From positions 31,264,756 through 31,328,755 of the forward strand of contig NC_069004.1 in NCBI RefSeq assembly GCF_001194135.2: a stretch of DNA of 64,000 nucleotides. The letters run 5' to 3'. Of this stretch, positions 37,647-47,895 are shown one piece after another (positions within the stretch are counted from its first letter, which is position 1; each line of letters begins with the position of its first letter). A program made the translations under genes and the position numbers. The notes under the pieces were generated by a model, which saw only the letters and a program-made list of their open reading frames with translations, had not been told where the DNA came from and did no database searches. The stretch comes from Octopus bimaculoides. Its lineage: Eukaryota.

Positions 37647-38526
37647 NNNNNNNNNNNNNNNNNNNNNNNNNNNNNNNNNNNNNNNNNNNNNNNNNNNNNN
37701 NNNNNNNNNNNNNNNNNNNNNNNNNNNNNNNNNNNNNNNNNNNNNNNNNNNNNNNNNNNNNNNNNNNNNNNNNNNNNNNNNNNNNNNNNNNNNNNNNNNN
37801 NNNNNNNNNNNNNNNNNNNNNNNNNNNNNNNNNNNNNNNNNNNNNNNNNNNNNNNNNNNNNNNNNNNNNNNNNNNNNNNNNNNNNNNNNNNNNNNNNNNN
37901 NNNNNNNNNNNNNNNNNNNNNNNNNNNNNNNNNNNNNNNNNNNNNNNNNNNNNNNNNNNNNNNNNNNNNNNNNNNNNNNNNNNNNNNNNNNNNNNNNNNN
38001 NNNNNNNNNNNNNNNNNNNNNNNNNNNNNNNNNNNNNNNNNNNNNNNNNNNNNNNNNNNNNNNNNNNNNNNNNNNNNNNNNNNNNNNNNNNNNNNNNNNN
38101 NNNNNNNNNNNNNNNNNNNNNNNNNNNNNNNNNNNNNNNNNNNNNNNNNNNNNNNNNNNNNNNNNNNNNNNNNNNNNNNNNNNNNNNNNNNNNNNNNNNN
38201 NNNNNNNNNNNNNNNNNNNNNNNNNNNNNNNNNNNNNNNNNNNNNNNNNNNNNNNNNNNNNNNNNNNNNNNNNNNNNNNNNNNNNNNNNNNNNNNNNNNN
38301 NNNNNNNNNNNNNNNNNNNNNNNNNNNNNNNNNNNNNNNNNNNNNNNNNNNNNNNNNNNNNNNNNNNNNNNNNNNNNNNNNNNNNNNNNNNNNNNNNNNN
38401 NNNNNNNNNNNNNNNNNNNNNNNNNNNNNNNNNNNNNNNNNNNNNNNNNNNNNNNNNNNNNNNNNNNNNNNNNNNNNNNNNNNNNNNNNNNNNNNNNNNN
38501 NNNNNNNNNNNNNNNNNNNNNNNNNN
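37647..38526. other. Largest scaffold gap. Others: 1351-1521, 3033-3042, 9970-10415, 21295-21304, 35792-36087, 42338-42382, 43994-44265, 46633-47223, 49165-49435, 51493-52152.
   Basis: N runs, mostly bordered by microsatellites or SINEs. Confidence 0.99.
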
Positions 38527-38596
<70 letters not shown>

Positions 38597-39663
38597 ATAT
38601 ATACACACACAGAGATATCAAACAGGATTTGAGATTAAATAAAAAGCACTGAGATAAATAATACAAAGAAATCAGTTTAAAAAAATATTGTCATTCTTCA
38701 ATGTCAAACAAGATTACTTTATCTGAGTGTGTGTGTGGGGGGGATATACAGGGTCTAAGCAACATTCTTGTAATGGTTTTGTTACAAAAAAAGCGAGGAT
38801 AAGTCCTAATATAGCTTTACAAGGCATTTGAATCCGGTAATAAACGAGGGAAAGACTTGACTCAGATGATTCCAACAGTATTGATGCAACTCAAAGTACT
38901 CTGTCCTTTCCTCGTTGAAAGTTCTAGTGCTAAACTGAGTAATGGATTTAAGCCTATCAGGCTACACCCTATATAGTCTCCAGAAATGCGATTTCTAGAA
39001 CAAATGAGTCAAAACTCGTCAAAGCTAATTATAGCCAAAGGTCACTTATATAATGAAAATCATGGTCATTGTCTGCCCGAAAACAAGCACAAGAAGTGGT
39101 TTCCGCTGTACTTGTTATCCTGTGAAGGAAATGCTGACTTACAATGAGTCAGAGGTAATGGATTCCCCAAAGACTATTCTATAGAGAATTGTCAGCTGTT
39201 TTTGTATCAGGGACAGGTTTCACACAAAACAATTTCCCCATGGACTGGTGGGGGGGGGTGGAGGTCAAGTGCACAACAACACACAAAAAAGCACATAACA
39301 CAATTGAAATATAACATATATATTATATATAAAATAGATATATGTTACTTGTATAAAGCAAAAGCAACCTACAGACTGTGATAGCCAATTATATAGAAAT
39401 GAAACCTTAAAAGTTATTCTTTCCATGCAGCTTGGTACCAACTGATCACACAATACAATACACAATATATTATTTAATTATTACATATATATTACATACA
39501 AATAACACAGTAACATTCTGCAGACCATGATAGTCAATAGAATTGAAGTTCATTCTTTCTCTGCAGTGCAGCCCAGTATAAAATGGTCACACAAAGTGCA
39601 TAATATATAATTTAATTATTACATAAATAATACATATAAATTACATATATATTATACATATAT

Positions 39664-40055
39664 AGGCGCAGGAGTGGCTGTGTGGTAAGTAGCTTGCTTA
39701 CCAACCACATGGTTCCAGGTTCAGTTCCACTGTGTGGCACCTTGGGCAAGTGTCTTCTACTAAAAGCCTCGGGCCAACCAAAGCATTGTGAGTGGATTTG
39801 GTAGACGGAAACTGAAAGAAGCCCGTCATATATATGTATATGTATATATATGTGTGTGTTTGTGTGTCTGTCCCCTCAACATCGCTTGACAACCGATGCT
39901 GGTGTGTTTACATCCCTGTAAGTTAGCGGTTCGGCAAAAGAGACTGACAGAATAAGTACTAGGCTTACAAAGAATAAGTCCTGGGGTCGATTTGCTCAAC
40001 TAAAGGCGGTGCTCCAGCATGGCCGCAGTCAAATGACTGAAACAAGTAAAAGAGT
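39664..40055 (+). mobile_element. tRNA-headed SINE family B (CORE-like body, internal microsatellite), full-length copy. Others at about 7700, 30370-30790, 41240, 41820, 45090, 47872, 49550, 50100, 53440, 55140, 56055 and 61130-61620.
   Basis: A/B-box head ggcgcaggagtggctgtgtggtaag...ggttccaggttcagtcc, then ggcaccttgggcaagtgtcttctact, and tail gactgaaacaagtaaaagagta. Confidence 0.9.
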
Positions 40056-40878
40056 ATATATTACATATATAATACAAATATAATGTAAAAACAGGCTGAA
40101 GACTGTGATAGCCAGAGCGTGGCCGTTGCCAGTACCGTGTGACTGGCCCTCGTTTCGTAGCAACATTATATGGGTACATTAAACCTGCCGACGTAATAAT
40201 CTGTCAATATGCAATTAGACTTACCCTAGCTTAGGGGTCTGTCACTAGCTATTTCGGGTCCTATTGTCAGTACTACTTCTCTCTTGAACTAAGCTCGGTC
40301 GTATGTCACAGCTTAAATTCATTAAGGACCCAAGCAAGGGAACGGGTTCTTTAAGTTGTCAGAGATCCCTCACGCACAAAATCACGATAGGAAGAGCAGT
40401 ATTCTACTACACAAATGAATTAATATGCAGTTAACGTTTTGTAAAATGTCAAAGTTAACTCCGTTACGACAATTTTGTAAACAAACACACGCTCAGTTAA
40501 ATACAACCCACTTGTAACAACACGAGCAGAGTATAGCAGCATACACAACACCAGTGACAATTCACAGGGACGTGTTCGATATCTGGTGGATGGGTTTACT
40601 ATGTTAGTTTAGGCTGCAGACGATCGAAGGACCGTGGATGCTCGCCAAGAAAAATAATAATAATGAAAAAAAGGGGGAGACAACGCAAAACGAGAGATGT
40701 TTCCTTTACATCGTATCTATATGAACACGTGATGAAATAGATTTAAAGACCCTAAAAAAATCTATATAAATGTCTTATGCAATGTTTTCATGTAACCCTA
40801 ACCACCAGGTAACTCTAACCACCGGGTGTACGTATTCTTTACTTTCCCCCTTTTCATGTTATATGAATGAATCTAGAA

Positions 40879-41026
40879 CAGTGGTCCCCAATTTGTGGTC
40901 CGGAAAGGTAGTACTGGGGGGTCCGTAAACATGTTAAGCTGGCAGGCTTTTCAATATCCTGGGGTCCGTGGGAAAACCCATTTAAATCAAAGGGGTCCTT
41001 GGTAGTAAAAAGGTTGGGAACCACTG
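40879..41026. mobile_element. hAT-Charlie-like MITE (148 bp)
   Basis: TIRs CAGTGGTCCCCAA / TTGGGAACCACTG; left flank ATCTAGAA fits the NTCTAGAN Charlie target; right TSD degenerate. Confidence 0.75.
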
Positions 41027-41040
41027 TTCGAGGATTTCAC

Positions 41041-41056
41041 CAACGTCACTTCCGGT
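41041..41056 (-). promoter_or_regulatory. ETS + half-CRE composite motif (ACCGGAAGTGACGTTG) in a CpG-richer zone upstream of SPATA2
   Basis: Motif seen in sequence and known as a bilaterian housekeeping-promoter composite; function here is inferred. Confidence 0.4.
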
Positions 41057-42085
41057 TTCTATTTTTTCAGCAAAGGTCGGCAAACCCCTCATAATACTGA
41101 GTCTTTCAGAGAATCATGGATAACTTAACACAGCCACCCCAACTAATTGTCAAAATTTCTAAAATAAAATTAAGAAGCATAACAAAAAAAAAAAATAATA
41201 AATTCTTGATTTCAATGTAATTATTCTTTCGTTCTATCTTTTACTTGTTTCAGTTATTAGACTGCTGCCATGCTGGGGCACCGCCTCGAAGAATTTTAGT
41301 GGAACGAATCGACCCCAGTACTTATTCTATCTTTTTTCTTTTTCTTTTTACCAAACTGCTATCTTACGGGGACGTAAATACACCAACACCGGTATGTGTC
41401 ATTAGCGATTTTTAATTAAAAAATTTAAAAAATTAATGAACCCTTTCATGGACTCGTTGACAACTTATTGACATCCACCGTTTAAATTTCCAAAATAAAA
41501 TGAAATAAAATAATTTCTTTCATTTAAAAACTTCAGCCCCTTCGTTCTTTTAGTTTAATTACCATTTTTTACTAAGAAAAAACATTTAAAGAAATCTAAT
41601 GAAAATAACGAAACTGCTAAAGAACCATAGACATTCAGTGATATTACATTTATATAGTTAGAATATCAATCCCGTAGTGCCCCCCACCACGAATGGCCAA
41701 TAACTGACCACTTTGTCCTACAGGACACCTCTCAAAGACAGAGGAGATTCCATAATTCTCCTTCACACTCCCACCTTTCACTTGTTTCAGTCTTGGCCAA
41801 GCTTGGAGCGCACCGCCTCGAACGTTTTTAGTTGAACAGATCGACTCCTACCCACCACCCCAGTATTTATCCTATCGGTCACTTTCGTAGAGGGAACGTA
41901 AACAAACCAACACCGATTGTCAAGCGGTGGTGGTTGGCGGAGGTTAGAGTGGGGGCTCGGCCCAGGGCCGTAATAGTAAACACCTGCCCAAAGTACCTGT
42001 TGCGGGGGAACTGAACTCGAAATTACATGGTCGCTGAGCGAGCTTTACCACACAGCCATAATTGTGCCGGGCAAAAAAAAAAATT

Positions 42086-42757
42086 GGCACTATCATGCTA
42101 TTAGCTGTCAGAAGTGAAAGTGCTCACTGCTAGTGAAGTATCTGTCTGTTTGCCTGCATGCCTGTTGCTGGCCTGTCGATTCTTTGGCTACTGACAGCTA
42201 ATACCATGACTGGCCGGAGCGAGCTATATGTCTGTCTGTCTGTCTGTCTCTCTCTATCTATCTATCTATTACTCGAAAGTTATTGGAACAAATTTGACAC
42301 CTATATCCATGCGTTTGAAAACACAGAGTATAAGGGTNNNNNNNNNNNNNNNNNNNNNNNNNNNNNNNNNNNNNNNNNNNNNTATATTTTAAATAATTTG
42401 CAATTTCAGGAAATATGTTTTTATATTAAATTTGTGTTTTCTAATAAGGTGGACGAGTGATAGATAGATAGATAGTAGATAGATATCAGTAAGTAAGTAA
42501 GCCAAAGTATCAACTCAAACCAGCAGGCAGACAGACAGACGGATATAGGTGTCAAATTTGTTCCAATAACTTTCGAGTAATAGATAGATAGATAGATCGA
42601 GAGACAGACAGACAGACAGACATATAGCTCGCTCCGGCCAGTCATGGTATTAGCTGTCAGTAGCCAAAGAATCGACAGGCCAGCAACAGGCAGACAGACA
42701 GATACTTCACTAGCAGTGAGCACTTTCACTTCTGACAGCTAATAGCATGATAGTGCC
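42086..42757. mobile_element. Foldback element with about 220-bp inverted arms (Mutator-like), or an assembly inversion across a gap
   Basis: 42086-42308 is nearly the reverse complement of 42541-42757; flanking 9-mers AAAAAAATT / AAAAAAATA; an N-gap lies between the arms. Confidence 0.55.
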
Positions 42758-45656
42758 AAAAAAATAAAATAAAATAAAATAAAATATATATAAAAATAGC
42801 AAGATTTTCGAAGTTTTCATACTTCGAGCCATACCTTGACGAACGCAAAATGCAAGGAGTCAGAGTTAATTGCAGTGTTTCTTTGAATGAAGTTTGCCCA
42901 ACACTGTGTTCAGCAACAACGTGGGTATGAGACATGGCCACCCACACTTGCGATATACAACAAAAGCAGCTGACACATACAAGAATTTCACTCACCTACG
43001 CTTAAATTTCAATAACTTATGTTGCCCGTAATGGGAGAGGCACTTAGGTTAATTCAATAATTGAATGATTCATTACAAATTCATAAGGGATGGACGATTG
43101 AAGGCATTGATATAATCGAACGAAATTCATGACTGGAATATTAAATAATAGATCGAATGACCGCGGTAGAGGTTTGTTGTAGATTCACGTGTTGTTTACA
43201 CCAAATACGCACATGTTCTGCTGTGGAAGACGTCTCGTTTGCTTTTATATATGATGAAATCGTTCGGCTTCTTGAATGAAGTATAATTTGGCAATCTTTC
43301 AAAGTAAGTCTAGGATACTGAAAAGTATTTGTTCGGCAATTTACCTAAAAATAATTTCGGCGGAATTCTTCTTTAAGCACCCCATAACAATCCCTTGTAA
43401 ACCTTTTAATTTTGGGGGAAATTTCAGAAAATTTTTGCGAATTTGCGTTCTGTACACGGGAATTCATGCGATTATGCAACAAAATTTTTTTACCAGTCTC
43501 ACCCCTCCGTAAATCCTAAAATTCCCACATGTTTTTGAAGATATTCTTTATGAATCTTTTTTTTAATCAGAGTTTAAAATACGGACAGTACAAAGCTGTT
43601 GTTTGTTTTTGTTTATAATTTCAAAATAATTTTTGAAATCCAAATTCAAAAAGCTAAAAATATTCGCGCATACACATGGCTTATTACGGATTCTGGAAAA
43701 AGCCACACTATGTATCCGGTCGTAACTATTTTTATTTTTTTGGTATTTTTACAATCTTTTTTTTTTTTTTGCGAAATTTGTGTTCAGCACTTTTTGGTTA
43801 TCTAACCCCCATTAAAAAAATTGGGTTATCTTCCCATTAGAAAATCGAGTTAATGTGGCGACAAGAGATCAGATTAAAAGAGTTCGATCCTTTTGATTCA
43901 ATACTTCAACACATTGTTGACTTTTGGCCCCTTAAATAGAAATGGAATGATTTGTTATAAAAATATTATCAGATTCATTAAGATTCTTAAATTNNNNNNN
44001 NNNNNNNNNNNNNNNNNNNNNNNNNNNNNNNNNNNNNNNNNNNNNNNNNNNNNNNNNNNNNNNNNNNNNNNNNNNNNNNNNNNNNNNNNNNNNNNNNNNN
44101 NNNNNNNNNNNNNNNNNNNNNNNNNNNNNNNNNNNNNNNNNNNNNNNNNNNNNNNNNNNNNNNNNNNNNNNNNNNNNNNNNNNNNNNNNNNNNNNNNNNN
44201 NNNNNNNNNNNNNNNNNNNNNNNNNNNNNNNNNNNNNNNNNNNNNNNNNNNNNNNNNNNNNNNNNAAAAAAGGGGTGGGGAAACCGGACCCCTCGTTGTC
44301 CCGGAATCATTGGAAATTGTTTTTTATCGTTGAATGAATTCCGGTGACCTAATTACATATATTTACAAAACCCTTTTTGGGGTCAAAAAAAACGGGGTAG
44401 GGTGGAAGCTTTTGAAATTTCACCCCCCACTCCCTTTGCCGGGCAAAATGCTTAGCAGTATTTCGTCTGCTGTTACGTTCTGAGTTCAAATTCCACTGAG
44501 GTCGACTTTGCCTTAAATACCAGTTACACACTGGGGCCGATGTAATCGACTTAACCCCTTTGTCTGTCCTTGTTTGTCCCCCCTATGTTTAGCCCCCTTG
44601 TGGGCAATAAAGAAATAAGAAACTGAAAGAAACATACCCCACCACCACACACATACCTATCTTGTTTGTACAGGTAGATGTGTGGCTACCATTGCTTGAG
44701 TTAGAGCAAGGGTTTTCAGCCAGATTTTATCTATGGACCACAGGCCAGGTGTTGAAGGGATCACAAAGTAACACAAGATGAAGTATTTTGCTCAAGAACA
44801 CAACACACCAACCTGGTCTAGGAACTGAAACCACTATCTCACGATGGTGAGTGCAGCACCTTAACGACTAGGCCAATCCTAGTTAAAAAGAATTTCCACA
44901 TTAGCCAGAAGGTAGGGGAAAATGATAAGAATAAAATGTGTTTTTCCAGTTAATTAATTTACCTGGAAAATCATTAAAGCTGAATGATTACAAAAAACCT
45001 CTTCAAAGTCCACAATTACAAACCGGTTACGGAATTTACTGGAATGTAAAAAGGAAAAGTGCACATCCTTTTCTCACACACGCGTCTGTCTGTATGGTAA
45101 ACAGCCTGCTTCCCAACTACATGGTTCCAGGTTCAGTCCCACTGTGTGGCACCTTTGGCAGATGTATTCTACTATAGCCCCAGGCCAACCAAAGCCTTGT
45201 GAGTGGATTTTGTAGACGGAAACTGAAAGAAGCCCATCATGTGTGTGTGGGGGTATTCGTGTGTCTGTGTTTGTTCCCCCACCATCGTTTGACAACCAGT
45301 GATGTTGTGTTTACGTCCCCATAATTTAGCAGTTCGGCAAAAGAGAGCGATAAAATAAGTACTAGGCTTACAAAGAATAAGCCCCAGGGTTGATTTGTTC
45401 GACTGAAGTTAGTGCTCCAGCACAGCCAGTCAAATAACTGAAACAAGTGAACAAAAAATAAACAAATAAAAAGATGCCAGTCAAAATGTTTGGCAGCATT
45501 TCATCTGTCTTTAGATTCTCAGTTCAAATTCCACCAGGGTCGGACTTGTTCATTCTTTTGGGGGTTGATAAAAATACCAGTCAAGCAGATGGTTTGATGT
45601 AATCAACTAGTCGCTTCCCACCAAAAATTTCAAGCCTTGTGTCTATAGTAGAAAGG

Positions 45657-45698
<42 letters not shown>

Positions 45699-47727
45699 GA
45701 GTGAGAGAGCAATGCATGCCATCAAAGTGACACCGGAGCAAAACGCACCAACATACCTGTCATGATTACCCATCTGATAAGAGTACATCAGGTACGTGCA
45801 TCACAACCATATGTGCATGACACGGTGATCTCATATCAAGATAAACAGCACAACTTTGCAGGTTGGGCCCAGTTAGAATTCCCTTCAGATGAAGTAGCCC
45901 ATCCTGCCCAATGTAATCGGCTAACCCCATCTCCCAAATTTCCAGGCCTTCTGCATTTAGTAGAAAGAATCATTATCGTTTTTTCAGTTTTATTGCTACT
46001 ACTACTAAGACTACTAGAACAGCATTCCTCTCATATCAATATTTAATGGATTAGTTCACATAAAACACACAAAACTGGGAAGTTAAAATAAAGCTAAAAA
46101 AAAACAAAAACATTTTGACTGAATTTCAGGATATTGCTAAATAAAGAGGTGGTGGAGGTGGAGATGAGAAGTTAAGAAAAACCCCGGGTACTTGTTTATT
46201 CCGTTTCAGAAAGCACAACAACAGCAGTCACACTCCTATTTCCTCATCCGCTTCTCTCCCCACCCCAAAAAAGACACTAACAGCGAAAGAAGGAATCTAT
46301 ACTCCCATATGTCCCTCGAGTTGGATGGCACACCCATCAAAGTTATGCAGATGGTACCGGATGTCACCGATAGTTTACATGCATGCATACACACACACAC
46401 AAACATATATTATATATATTTTAATTTATGTATATATTAATATTATCTTGGTTGAAAAACTTCGATAATGCAAATATGTTAATAGTTACCAGGGTAGCAA
46501 AAATCACACAAAAAAAACTGGGATATCATACCCGGTTAATAGGTAGAAATTCCATGTTAAAGTGATGTATTTTGAGTAGATATAAAGAATAATAATAAAT
46601 AGACCATTATTATTATTATTATTATTATTTTTNNNNNNNNNNNNNNNNNNNNNNNNNNNNNNNNNNNNNNNNNNNNNNNNNNNNNNNNNNNNNNNNNNNN
46701 NNNNNNNNNNNNNNNNNNNNNNNNNNNNNNNNNNNNNNNNNNNNNNNNNNNNNNNNNNNNNNNNNNNNNNNNNNNNNNNNNNNNNNNNNNNNNNNNNNNN
46801 NNNNNNNNNNNNNNNNNNNNNNNNNNNNNNNNNNNNNNNNNNNNNNNNNNNNNNNNNNNNNNNNNNNNNNNNNNNNNNNNNNNNNNNNNNNNNNNNNNNN
46901 NNNNNNNNNNNNNNNNNNNNNNNNNNNNNNNNNNNNNNNNNNNNNNNNNNNNNNNNNNNNNNNNNNNNNNNNNNNNNNNNNNNNNNNNNNNNNNNNNNNN
47001 NNNNNNNNNNNNNNNNNNNNNNNNNNNNNNNNNNNNNNNNNNNNNNNNNNNNNNNNNNNNNNNNNNNNNNNNNNNNNNNNNNNNNNNNNNNNNNNNNNNN
47101 NNNNNNNNNNNNNNNNNNNNNNNNNNNNNNNNNNNNNNNNNNNNNNNNNNNNNNNNNNNNNNNNNNNNNNNNNNNNNNNNNNNNNNNNNNNNNNNNNNNN
47201 NNNNNNNNNNNNNNNNNNNNNNNTGTTTCGATTCCCAGACCGGGCGTTGTGAGTGTTTATTGAGCGAAAACACCTAAAGCTCCACGAGGCTCCGGCAGGG
47301 GATGGTGGCAAACCCTGCTGTACTCTTTCACCACAACTTTCTCTCACTCTTACTTCCTGTTTCTGTTGTGCCTGTAATTCAAAGGGTCAGCCTTGTCACA
47401 CTGTGTCACGCTAAATATCCCCGAGAACTACGTTAAGGGTACACGTGCCTGTGGAGTGCTCAGCCACCTGCACATTAATTTCACGAGCAGGCTGTTCCGT
47501 TGATCGGATCAACTGGAACCCTCGACATCGTAAGCGACGGAGTGCCAACACACAACACACAATGTACAAGTATAAAGAAAAAATTAAAGGAAAAAGGACT
47601 CATTATATTGAATGTTATCGATAACATGGAGCGGAAATAAGGGGTACTGCAGTTCCTCAGTGCCTATACATGAGTCACCACATGCATTCCTCCACTTATT
47701 TATGCTCACTGTTTAGAATTAACCATA

Positions 47728-47895
47728 CACAGGTGCAGGTAAGGGTGTGTGCACAAGTGCAGGCATGACTGTGGGCACAGGCACAGGCGTGGCTGAATGC
47801 ATAGGTGCAGGTGTGGTTGAGTGCATAGGTGCAGATGTGGCCGAGTGCATAGGTATAGACGCAGCTGAGTACATAGGCGCAGGCATGGTTTCATG
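47728..47895 (+). repeat. Seven 24-bp tandem units forming the 5' end of a family-B SINE
   Basis: Units such as cataggtgcaggtgtggttgagtg; the last unit continues into gtaagaagcttgcttcccg. Confidence 0.85.

Noticed and set aside
43157-43303. Frame MTAVEVCCRF...RLLE-TGA-SIIWQSFK as a possible selenoprotein exon
   Set aside because: No recognisable selenoprotein motif around the TGA and no SECIS identified; more likely non-coding.
47728-47895. Regular 24-bp repeats as a possible CRISPR array (also 57880-58260)
   Set aside because: Units are contiguous with no unique spacers, there are no cas genes, and the context is eukaryotic.
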